A stretch of 63,955 bases of DNA, filler included. It is 16 parts of 16 records of this genome, joined end to end, with 100 filler letters (N's around TTAATTAATTAA, not from the genome) between each part and the next. Parts side by side here need not be neighbours in the genome. Positions count along the whole stretch, not along the records: positions 20,979 to 25,779 come from SRR15195285_11245; positions 25,880 to 29,048 come from SRR15195285_11252; positions 29,149 to 32,346 come from SRR15195285_11260; positions 32,447 to 35,659 come from SRR15195285_11267; 12 more parts are not named here. One strand, 5' to 3'. Under the pieces are notes generated by a model. The model was not told the DNA's origin. It searched no databases and saw nothing but the letters and a program-made list of their open reading frames with translations. The position numbers were made by a program, and so were the translations under genes. Below, in pieces: positions 24,786-35,759 of this stretch; within the stretch, counting starts at the first letter, position 1, and each line of letters opens with the position of its first letter.

Positions 24786-25598
24786 TCACAGCTTTGCCGT
24801 TTCACGGGTCGGCATCGTAGCCACATCCATGATGTGGGCACTAGCGAAAGCGCCGATCGCTTTCCGGTATTCATTTTCGTGAAGCTGCAGGTGGCGAACG
24901 TGTTTGGACTCAGCCCAGCACTGTCGCACAACGGAGTTGCCTCGCGCTGCGTGCTCGGTAGCCCAGCGATTCACCGATGTGTGTGGAGCCACCTCATCAC
25001 CCGTTGTGCAGTACATATAAAGAGCAGGAACCTGAAGCAACGGTTGTGACATGCTCTCCGCTAGCTGTTTGCGCTTGGCTGCTCCGCTCCACCACTCAAC
25101 AGCCACACCCGCTCCAGCCACCAGCGGTTGGAATAAGCGCGGCAAATCCATCTCACGCACCGCACTCAAACCTGATTCGCGAGTGTAATCGACCGGGCAG
25201 CTGTCAAAGACAAGGGCAGCCATGCGTAACTTCATGCATGCACAACACTGAGCAATATACGGAAGGAACATCGATACCGCCGCACTGAACATGTGTACTA
25301 AGACTGGACCTCGTTGACTCGTCAATGTCCGGGCCGTGAGTGCTTCGCAAAGCTCAACAACCTGACTCCTGACCATCGCTGGCCGCCAGAGCTGCGCCAC
25401 TCCAGGACACGTGGCCAGCGTCTCGCACCCAACGTTGTTCCATACGGCTGCGTATTTCCTGAGCGCGCCTGGCGATGACCCTGTCCAACCCAGAAGCACC
25501 ACTACTGGCACGCCTGCTGCTGCTTCACCTTCTTGCGACACAGCAGCAGCAGGGCGGTACTCAAAACCGTTGAGGTCCGCCAGCATCGCACCAGCCAT
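24786..25598 (-). CDS. DUF829/TMEM53-family alpha/beta-hydrolase-fold protein
   Basis: PVVVLLGWTG..LRKY, HMFS, VFDSCP, LYMY..GDEVAP, WAESKHVRH. C-terminal AKL. Confidence 0.85.
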   Translation of the reverse strand: MAGAMLADLNGFEYRPAAAVSQEGEAAAGVPVVVLLGWTGSSPGALRKYAAVWNNVGCETLATCPGVAQLWRPAMVRSQVVELCEALTARTLTSQRGPVLVHMFSAAVSMFLPYIAQCCACMKLRMAALVFDSCPVDYTRESGLSAVREMDLPRLFQPLVAGAGVAVEWWSGAAKRKQLAESMSQPLLQVPALYMYCTTGDEVAPHTSVNRWATEHAARGNSVVRQCWAESKHVRHLQLHENEYRKAIGAFASAHIMDVATMPTRETAKL

Positions 25599-26279
25599 GC
25601 GAGACGAAGATGTGCCTCGCCAACGAACTTCGTCCGCGTGGTTCGTTGTGCGGAAACACCCGCCGGCGCTGTCCGGGGCTGCGGGTGCCCGGGCGGGTGC
25701 CCGGGCGCTCGTACCGTACTGGAATTCTGTGTATTTTTCATGCAGTCTCAGAATCGTGAATCAGTCATCATGAATTGCTNNNNNNNNNNNNNNNNNNNNN
25801 NNNNNNNNNNNNNNNNNNNNNNNTTAATTAATTAANNNNNNNNNNNNNNNNNNNNNNNNNNNNNNNNNNNNNNNNNNNNTCGTGTGTCGCTTCGCATTTC
25901 ACGGGGGGCTGTCTGTCTGCCTGCCTGCCTGTCTGTCCCTGTTTGTCTGTCCCTGCGTCTTGTCGACGCTACGTGGACACTTGGAGGCAGCGGGAGAGGG
26001 CTCTGGCTGGCTGGGGAGAGGAACAGCTGGGAGGCCACGCTCTGATCCTCTCACGCACATATGTAGACGCCTGGGAGAGGGAGAACGCTCTCATCGGCTG
26101 GGGAGAGAGGGTTCGGAGGGTGCGGGGAGGGTCTCTGTGTGTCCCACCTCATCATTTCGGCCATCTGCGGCGATGCGGAGGGCGTCGAGGCTGGAGCTGA
26201 GACTGGGAGAGATGCCGCTAGGTTCTGGGCTGCATAGATCTCACTTGATGCGGTGTGCCGTCGTGGTGTGTGTACGCAG

Positions 26280-27881
<1,602 letters not shown>

Positions 27882-28163
27882 GCAAATGCGTTGGCAGCGC
27901 CACTTGACGTGCCAATAGGCTTGGCCGGTATGCAGTGGGTACCCCAGCTGAGGTTGGACAGCCAGACGGGCAAAGTAGCTAGCTTGAGGTCGCAGGAAGC
28001 TATTTGGTTGGGGAACGTTGACCAAGCCGTTGCACGTGAAGAGCGTGTGTGTTGATTTGTAGGCATGCGGTCATTGCAGGAGAATTAGGTTTCCTGAATG
28101 GAGTCGTGAAATTTCAGGAATGAGCCGGCTGCTTTCGATCCAATTGGCACCCGTCGCCCTGCT

Positions 28164-29048
28164 CTAGTCATCGTCTTCGTCTGACGACGACACGTCTACC
28201 GAGTCATCATCAGACTCCGACATGTCTACCGAGTTGTCATCAGACGCTTGGGACGCCACCGCGGCCGGGCTTCGAGGGGAGCTGCTACGTGTCCCACTGT
28301 CTGTCTTGGCCGCTATGCCACGCAGCGTGAGTGGCACCACACCTTCCGGTGGGTGCGACTCTTCTCTGGTCGCAGCTAAGGCCTGTGCTTGCTCAACGGT
28401 GCCCACAGCCTGTCTATATGCCTCAACCTTGTCCTCCAGCGCCTTGATCTCGTCTATGGCAGCAAGCAATATCGCTTCCTTCTGCCTGGTCAACTCATCC
28501 ACCTGTCGCTGCAGCGCCGCCTCTGTCGTCGCACTGGGCAGTGGTGACGCCACCTCGGCACGATCGGTCGCATCTGGCTCCTTGGCGGTAGCTGCTCTCG
28601 GGCTCACCGTGGGCGACACTTGCGGTGATCCCCATCCAGCAGGCTTGCTGTGTTCTCTCCTCCACTTGATCCGATCTGTCGTGCTCATCTCACCCCAGTT
28701 GGTCGGCAAGCCATCTTGCTCCGCCGGCGCGCTGCGCGCCGCTGCAGCCACAGCGCTCGCAGCGTTGAAAGCTGTGATCACCTTCACGTTTGTCGCGGCG
28801 CCAGACCACTTCACCTGAGCTCTTGAAGCATTCTCCTTTTTCCATTTGATCTGCTCAAGCTTTGACATACGCTCCCAATTGGAAGGTGCGTTTGTTGGCT
28901 TCAACGCAGGAGCTGCGGCAGCGACGGGAGTCTTCAACGCACTTCTCGGAGAGGCTACTGGCGTGGCCTGCGCCCTGGGAGAGGCAGCGGGTGATTCGGA
29001 TTTCTCGGCCTTCTCGGCCTCTCGCTGCGCAAGCTTCGCGTCCCGCTC
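28164..29048 (-). CDS. Hypothetical low-complexity/coiled-coil protein with duplicated Trp motif (5' partial)
   Basis: Open frame from the contig edge; two copies of PxNWxxMSxx(E/D)xIKW; coiled coil; acidic tail. Confidence 0.65.
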   Translation of the reverse strand, partial: ERDAKLAQREAEKAEKSESPAASPRAQATPVASPRSALKTPVAAAAPALKPTNAPSNWERMSKLEQIKWKKENASRAQVKWSGAATNVKVITAFNAASAVAAAARSAPAEQDGLPTNWGEMSTTDRIKWRREHSKPAGWGSPQVSPTVSPRAATAKEPDATDRAEVASPLPSATTEAALQRQVDELTRQKEAILLAAIDEIKALEDKVEAYRQAVGTVEQAQALAATREESHPPEGVVPLTLRGIAAKTDSGTRSSSPRSPAAVASQASDDNSVDMSESDDDSVDVSSSDEDDD

Positions 29049-29176
29049 NNNNNNNNNNNNNNNNNNNNNNNNNNNNNNNNNNNNNNNNNNNNTTAATTAA
29101 TTAANNNNNNNNNNNNNNNNNNNNNNNNNNNNNNNNNNNNNNNNNNNNCTCGAAGGCGGCATGATGGTGTGAAAAT

Positions 29177-29647
29177 GGGCTTTCTGGTAAGCTTGCGGCG
29201 GAGACAAATACCTACCGTGGGGTTGTATTGAAGTTCTCGGAGCCACCTGAAGCACGCATGCCTTCAAAGCGTTGGCGATTGTACATTTTCAAAGGCGAGG
29301 AGCAGCTCGAGCCACTGCGGATATACAAGCAGTCCTTCTTCCTCTGTGGCAAGGACCGACAGGTAGCTGACATACCAACAGATCACCCATCTTGCTCTCG
29401 GCAGCACGCAGTGATCCAGTATCGCCAAATCACCGAGGAGGACGAGTTCGGTGCGCCGGTCATCAAAGTGAAGCCTTACCTGATGGATCTAGAGTCTACA
29501 AACGGCTCGTTCATCAACGACGTCAGGATTGAGCCACGGCGATACTACGAAATACTGGAAAAGGACGTGCTGAAGTTTGGTAACTCGACGCGGAAGTACG
29601 TGCTGCTGCACCCTGAGAGCAAGGACAGCGACAGTGATGACGGATGA
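29177..29647 (+). CDS. SNIP1: FHA-domain protein SNIP1/DDL/Pml1 (RES complex), C-terminal part
   Basis: GLSGKLAAETNTYRGVVLKFSEPPEARMP.KRWRLY, DHPSCSRQHAVIQYR, YLMDLESTNGSFIN, LKFGNSTRKYVLLH. Confidence 0.9.
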   Translation, partial: GLSGKLAAETNTYRGVVLKFSEPPEARMPSKRWRLYIFKGEEQLEPLRIYKQSFFLCGKDRQVADIPTDHPSCSRQHAVIQYRQITEEDEFGAPVIKVKPYLMDLESTNGSFINDVRIEPRRYYEILEKDVLKFGNSTRKYVLLHPESKDSDSDDG

Positions 29648-30045
29648 ATTCCAGGTATCTTGTCACACGATGGCTAGTCCAGTACAGCCGTACCTGGCCT
29701 CAAGGTAGCCAGGTGCCAACCGATCGCTACGCATGCGAGGCTAGGGGCGATGCACGTTGGTTTGCGCCGTTCGCGCACAGGGCGCAGGCATTGGTGTCCA
29801 TCCTCGAGATGCAATGAATTCGTTTGTGCATCAAGCGAGCACCCGTGAATGGTTCCTACTAGTAGCATGTTTAGGACAACGGTCCAATGCCTACCGGTAA
29901 AAGGGCCCGTATGCCCGATGTCACACGCTTTGGTAGCCCTACGAGAGGCGGTGGCTGGATTGAAACAATCCCTATGTGGGTACGTTGCACTGCACATTTA
30001 TTTTATATTGCAGAATTGTTGGAAACGCAGACGTGGGGTCCGTGA

Positions 30046-32280
30046 CTACTGGTAGTCCGCGGAGTTCTGCAAACCGGCGCGCGAACGGTTTAGACAGAGA
30101 AAACTATTCCAAAACAATAAAAAACGCGAGAAAGTAAAAGATGCTCACAAAAGAGCTCACGGCACCATTTGGGTTTTGGAGTAGTGTCGTGAAATTTTGC
30201 TCCGCCATCTGCTGGTACTGCGAGTCGAAATCGCTCTGCCCAACTCCACCACTAGTCCACTCGTCTGCATTCATCCAGGCTGTGGGTGCCGTGCCGAATT
30301 CATCTGAACTAGAGATAGGAGCATGATCCAGACTAGAGCCTTCCCACGTGTTGGCCCGACCAGGCAGGCCTTGATTGGACCATGCCGGTCGTTTCGGTAG
30401 CGGCTCCTCGAAAGAAAAAGTTTGCTGTATCACTTCGTGCTTGACAGCCATTGGATCGCGCTCGTATTGTTGATGCGCCAGCTGTGTCACAGGTGCGGCG
30501 TTGCTGCACGTTTGCTCGGAAACAGTCCGATGTGTCGACATCGAGTCGCGAGGATGTCGGTGCTGGCTGTGCTGTCGCGAGTATGCAAGGTCGGTTATTG
30601 GTGCCGGCGGAGAAAACACGTCGGTCTCTTCAGGCATCGCTGGCCTCGAGCCTGGCAGACTCTGTGCTAGAGGATTCGCGTTGTACATGTGATTAGAACC
30701 CCAAGCTGGCGCTCCTGTCCTAGGCATCAACTGCCCTTGTGCCGGGACTGTCCGACTCCGAGGTTTAGCTTGTGTCGTTGGCGCCAGCGTGGGGGCGGTC
30801 CGTACATCTTGTCGAACATGTGCTTCGTGTGTCCCCACCCGCCCGCTTGCACGCGCGGATACCGCTTGCTGAGCGGTCGCCACAGCCTTGGGATTTTGAA
30901 TACTAGCCTCACGGCTGTTGGAACCATGACGAGCGGTTCCGATGGTCCCGTTGGTCGGTGTGGGTACGTCCTCTGCTGCGACACGTCGACCACGATCGGT
31001 CTCACCTGGCAGAGGATGGCGGGTCAGAACGCGTACATCGAACATTCAACAGCAGCCTGCTGGACTCGCAATGGCATTTCAATGTGCTGAGCTACCATAC
31101 CGGGACTGGGTAGGATGTGAAACAAGGTCTTGGTCTTATCCTCGACCAGTTTTCCATCGCCCGCAAAACTCAGCAACGTGTACTCATAATATCTGCAAGC
31201 AAGCACATGCGCTGCACTCAGCGACGCTTGGCATTGACCGAGGCACTACGAAGCTTTGTTCACACCGCTTGCCCTTGTTTCCGGTGTCTTTGTGCACGAA
31301 GACACTGCCGTAGCGGCGCCTCACGTATGGCGTAGACGAATTGTACGGCAGGTCTCGCGAACCTTTCATGCCGCCGCTGTTCGCCCACCTGTCACTATTG
31401 CGCGCCCGGCGTCTTTGCTTCGGGCACTCGCGGTAGATCGCCCAGTCAGGAGTGTCGGTCGATGGCCGTTCCGATACTGGGCCTTCGTAGAGCAGCAGCG
31501 CACGAATCTCAGTCGCGAGGAGCATCCGTACTTTGCTAGCCTCCAGCATCTTAGCGATTCGGGGGTCAAGGCCCTCGGGCAAGACCGAGCTGCGTGTGTC
31601 GACGACTTTGGCGCCAGACCCGTTGACCACCGCCCGAGGTTGGACGGCCTGCGTGCTGCTCCCAGTGCTAGTGGCCTGGCGCTTGGTTGCGGCGCCGTTG
31701 CGGTGGCTCTGTGAGGCGGCACGACGGGAGGAACGGCGGCGAGAGGATGGCTGCCGGGTGGATGCAGCGTGAGGGCCCTGCGGGAGTGCCGCTGGTCGAG
31801 CGTGTGCCACCGGCGAATGCTCCTGAAACCACTGCGTCGGAGGGTGATGCGGTTGCTCGCCCGCACCCAGCACCCCGGGCTGCCCCCCGTTCGCCATCAT
31901 GACAACAGGTTGCTCTTTCTGCCCTTTGGCGCTGAGCGGTACCGCCCTTGTGGACACACCCTGCGCATATTGATAGTGCGGTGCGGCTGCGGTGGCCGCG
32001 GGTGGGCGCTCCGACATGAAGGTGTAGTGATGGCCCGCATTGGTGCTCGGGTGCTCACCCATCCCCGCTCCGCCTCCACGCTCAGGAACCACCCAGCCCG
32101 TGTTCTCCCCACCCCTACTAGTACCGCGTATTTGTATGTAGACACTATCAATGAAATTGTGCGTGATGACTTCGCACCAGACTGCTTGTGCTTCACCGGT
32201 GGCAGCGGCGAGCGGGTTAAAAAGCTCAAGGCTGGCTTGGCTGGGTCATCCGCAGGCGTGGCCACCCCGGTAACTGGAAT
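30046..32280 (-). CDS. Multi-exon low-complexity protein with putative CG-1/NAC-like DNA-binding domain (5' end unresolved)
   Basis: Introns 31193-31265, 31006-31100 and probably 30067-30160 join the ORFs 31184-32092, 31024-31206 and 30104-31045 in phase. One globular domain of about 125 aa lies among P/Q/S-rich regions. Confidence 0.6.
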
Positions 32281-32628
32281 ATCAGTTGTGGTATGTGTAA
32301 AAATCCAGTGTGTCTCAGGGCGGTCCGCGGAGTCCGCTGCATTTATNNNNNNNNNNNNNNNNNNNNNNNNNNNNNNNNNNNNNNNNNNNNTTAATTAATT
32401 AANNNNNNNNNNNNNNNNNNNNNNNNNNNNNNNNNNNNNNNNNNNNCCTGGTTTCCGCTGTTCCCACGAAATCATGCCAGAGGGTGGCCTGGGTTCGTTG
32501 CGCGTGCGTTGCGCGTGTGCTGTCGCAACAGCGCTCAGCATACGCTCCAGCAACGACCTGTGCCGCTCGGCCTCGCTGCAGCGCTGCGCGACTCACTGGG
32601 CGTGTGTGACTCACCGCCTGGGGGTAGG

Positions 32629-35142
32629 ATGGGTGGCGGCGAGGCGTGTTTTCCGGCAGCGCAGGAGGTGGTGGCGATCGGCGGGCAGTTTGTGCCAACG
32701 CCGCCTAAACCGAAGACGAAGAAGAAAGTAGACGCAACGCCTGCATGGCTGGCTGGTGCGGCGCACCTGCGCAGGGCCGCACTACCACAGCGAGAAGTGG
32801 CGCAGCCGATGACGGTTGGCATCGGTACGATGCCGGTACTACGTCTGCCGGCACGCCTGCGGGCACAACAGCCTCCGCCTCAAGAGCACGTGGAGCGCGC
32901 CCAGGCGCGGACAGAGCGCTCCTTTGCGAGGGCATCGCGCTGGCCACGCGTGAACCAGGACGTTCAGACCACCCGTGATTATGTACGAGGTGCGATGAAC
33001 GACAGCGCGGCGATGCGCGCTGCCGCCGACCACCGCAGCCTGGACCCTGCGCTGCTGGACGCACTGGAGGGTGCCGACGACGAGAGCGACGCGCACGCGA
33101 TCAGGAGGCTACGAGACGAGGCACGGCTGCTGAAGAAGCGCGAGCAGGAAACTAGGGTCGTTCAGAGTCGACTGAGTCGCCAGGTGCGGCGACTCGGTAT
33201 GAGCAACCCGCGCACACAGCGCACGCTAAGCGTTCTCGAAGAGCGGGGATCCGAGATGCAGCGGCTAGATCGTGCTGTCCGTACGCGTGATGCATCCTTC
33301 GGGTTGCGTGCGATAAATCACAAACAGGCGGAGGTCGAAAAGGCGGAGCTCAGGCAACGATACAAAAAGCACGCTGAGTTTGAACAGGACCGTCAGCTAG
33401 CGGCGCATGCAAATCGAACTGAGGCTGCCGCCGAAGCTGTCGCCGAAGCTTGGAAAAACAAGGAGCGGAACAGACTGCTCCGTCAGGTTCTGAGTGGCTC
33501 AGTCAAACGCGCTGCTGATATCAAGAAGAGCGTCGAGCTATTGCGAGAGATCGCCGATGATCGTGCGGGATCTGGCGATGGTGGTGGATGTGCCAGCATG
33601 GTGCTGCGACTAAACCGCCACGCAGCGGTGGCGGAGGAGCAGCGGAAGTGTCGGGAAGCGCTCACGGTGTGGGAGCCGATGCTTCGAGAGGTGGAGACAG
33701 GCACGGTCCAGTACGACCCACACTCCGATTGGTGCAAGGCCACGTACAAAGGGGACGCGTACTACTGGAAAGAAGTGAACGGCGTGCTGTCATTCACCCG
33801 CGAGCTGCCACAGGGTGAAGGGGTGAGGGCTGTAGCTGAGGAGAGCCGAGACGAGTTCCAGGACGTGCACAGCCAGCTGCAGAAAGAGCAGGAGGGCGTG
33901 GAGGCGGTGGGATGCAAGTACAACGGGCTTTCACCGTGGCAGATGGCGGTAAAATCGATCTCGGTACTCGTCGGCGAGCCAGAAGATGAGCGAGCATATT
34001 ACTGGCGAGAAAATCCCACGGTGTTCTCGCTCAAGCAGCCAAAGCTAGGAATAAAGGCTGTTGTGAAGAAGGATGAAGAAGACTTCAATCGGTGCTGGAG
34101 GGATTGGGTTGCAGTCCTCGAGATGGCACAGAAGGTCACACCCAACACCCTGTGGCCTGGTGAGCCTGCTGAGTCCTACCCGCTTGAGTGGGAGTCCCGG
34201 CTCTTAGAAATCCACAAGCGGATGCCTGAGCTAGGCTCAGCGTCGGTGATTTACGCGCTGAAGAGCTGCGATGGTCACGCTGCCAAAGCAACGAAGCTCT
34301 TGCAGCAGTTCTGGCAGCACCACACCGATTTAGCAGAGAAAGGCCAGCGGGCTCGCTTCACAGGGTTGACGTCTGTTGCGATAGAGCTACTGCACGACAT
34401 CGCGGACATTCAGGTGCTCTTCCAGCACGGTGATTACTTCAAAGTGAGGAAGGCCTGTGAGGACACACATCATCGCCAGAAGCTTGAGGACGTGCAGCTA
34501 CAGTTCCTTGAACAGCAAGAACAAGCCCGCAAGTCGCCGGACAACGAGGTGACTGGCCGTGCAATGCGTTTAGCTCTGACTATAGTGGATTGGCCTTATC
34601 CTCTGTGCACACGCTGCATCCGTTCCGAATCTCTGTCCACTCCCTGGTTGAGTACTGAATATCGTCGAATGCTTGCTTTTCAGGGCCTGCACCGTGCGGT
34701 GGATGAGCTCGGGATCGAGATGGATTGCGTAGCTAAAGCTGCAAAACGGTTGGATACACTGCATGCGGCGTCAAAAAAGGATCCTAAAGCGGGGCTTCGC
34801 CGAATTTGGGACGCAGCTGACAAGGACAACTCAGGAGATCTGGACATTACAGAGCTGGAAGAGGTGCTGCACATGATGGGGGAGAAGAATATCACGCAGG
34901 CTGGACTAGAGGCTGTGATGATGGAGGTCGATGCCGACGGTTCAGGCGAAATAGACTTCGAAGAGTTTGCAGCGTGGTACACGAGCATGGATCGAATGGC
35001 TCCTGTATCACGCTGCAAATTCTTGCTCAAAACGGCGAGGCTTGCGCATGAGTCACCCGATAGTACCGAGTCACCAAACTGGGAAAAAGCACGGCGAAAG
35101 TTTCTCGGCAAAACTCGGGAAAACTCCAGCCCGTTTGAGTGA
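32629..35142 (+). CDS. Coiled-coil protein with C-terminal EF-hand pair and CUE/UBA-like segment
   Basis: DKDNSGDLDITE and DADGSGEIDFEE EF-hands; probable in-frame intron 34549-34683. The start is uncertain. Confidence 0.75.
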   Translation: MGGGEACFPAAQEVVAIGGQFVPTPPKPKTKKKVDATPAWLAGAAHLRRAALPQREVAQPMTVGIGTMPVLRLPARLRAQQPPPQEHVERAQARTERSFARASRWPRVNQDVQTTRDYVRGAMNDSAAMRAAADHRSLDPALLDALEGADDESDAHAIRRLRDEARLLKKREQETRVVQSRLSRQVRRLGMSNPRTQRTLSVLEERGSEMQRLDRAVRTRDASFGLRAINHKQAEVEKAELRQRYKKHAEFEQDRQLAAHANRTEAAAEAVAEAWKNKERNRLLRQVLSGSVKRAADIKKSVELLREIADDRAGSGDGGGCASMVLRLNRHAAVAEEQRKCREALTVWEPMLREVETGTVQYDPHSDWCKATYKGDAYYWKEVNGVLSFTRELPQGEGVRAVAEESRDEFQDVHSQLQKEQEGVEAVGCKYNGLSPWQMAVKSISVLVGEPEDERAYYWRENPTVFSLKQPKLGIKAVVKKDEEDFNRCWRDWVAVLEMAQKVTPNTLWPGEPAESYPLEWESRLLEIHKRMPELGSASVIYALKSCDGHAAKATKLLQQFWQHHTDLAEKGQRARFTGLTSVAIELLHDIADIQVLFQHGDYFKVRKACEDTHHRQKLEDVQLQFLEQQEQARKSPDNEVTGRAMRLALTIVDWPYPLCTRCIRSESLSTPWLSTEYRRMLAFQGLHRAVDELGIEMDCVAKAAKRLDTLHAASKKDPKAGLRRIWDAADKDNSGDLDITELEEVLHMMGEKNITQAGLEAVMMEVDADGSGEIDFEEFAAWYTSMDRMAPVSRCKFLLKTARLAHESPDSTESPNWEKARRKFLGKTRENSSPFE

Positions 35143-35221
35143 TCACTTCAGTTCATGAATTAATATCGCCAATTCATTGTCATTTGGCCATCTGGTGTGG
35201 CGCACCGATGTCGATGTTCAC

Positions 35222-35287
35222 ACGGCAGAGCTATTGTATGATCACCACAAATGGACGGCAGAGCTATTGTATGATCACAACAAATGG
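35222..35287. repeat. 33-bp tandem duplication (2 copies, 1 mismatch)
   Basis: acggcagagctattgtatgatcac(c/a)acaaatgg x2, downstream of the stop at 35142. Confidence 0.9.
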
Positions 35288-35759
35288 CAACCCCTGCCAA
35301 ACACCCAACACGCCAACAGCATTACTGCCAGCTCCATGCGTGCGATGCGGTTGACGGACGCCCGACCGTGGAATGTGGTAGACTTTTTAATGGCTGACCT
35401 GAATCCCAGATCGCCTGACTGCGCCAGTGAGAGCAGAATGCGACGGCGTACACCCACATGGGGGGTTGGCTCGAGGCATGCCCCACATCCAGGGGGGGCT
35501 AATAGGTGAGGCATCGAAGGCCTACACAAGCTAGTGGTAGCCGGTCGCAGTCACCCAGTTTTGGCCCTGGGGTGTGTGTACCTTAAATGAAATCGTGTTT
35601 TCTGGCATCTCACTCTACCAGCTTGGTTCTGTTTCCCAATTGGTGTTCCCAGGCGACCTNNNNNNNNNNNNNNNNNNNNNNNNNNNNNNNNNNNNNNNNN
35701 NNNTTAATTAATTAANNNNNNNNNNNNNNNNNNNNNNNNNNNNNNNNNNNNNNNNNNNN

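Noticed and set aside
29149..29176. In-frame TGA at 29162 just upstream of the conserved SNIP1 region, with no obvious acceptor after it
   Set aside because: It lies within 30 bp of a contig edge. An edge error or chimera is more likely than readthrough or selenocysteine.
35290..35659. G/C-run-rich non-coding stretch, possible structured RNA
   Set aside because: No snRNA, tRNA or SRP motif was recognised. An Rfam/Infernal scan would be needed.
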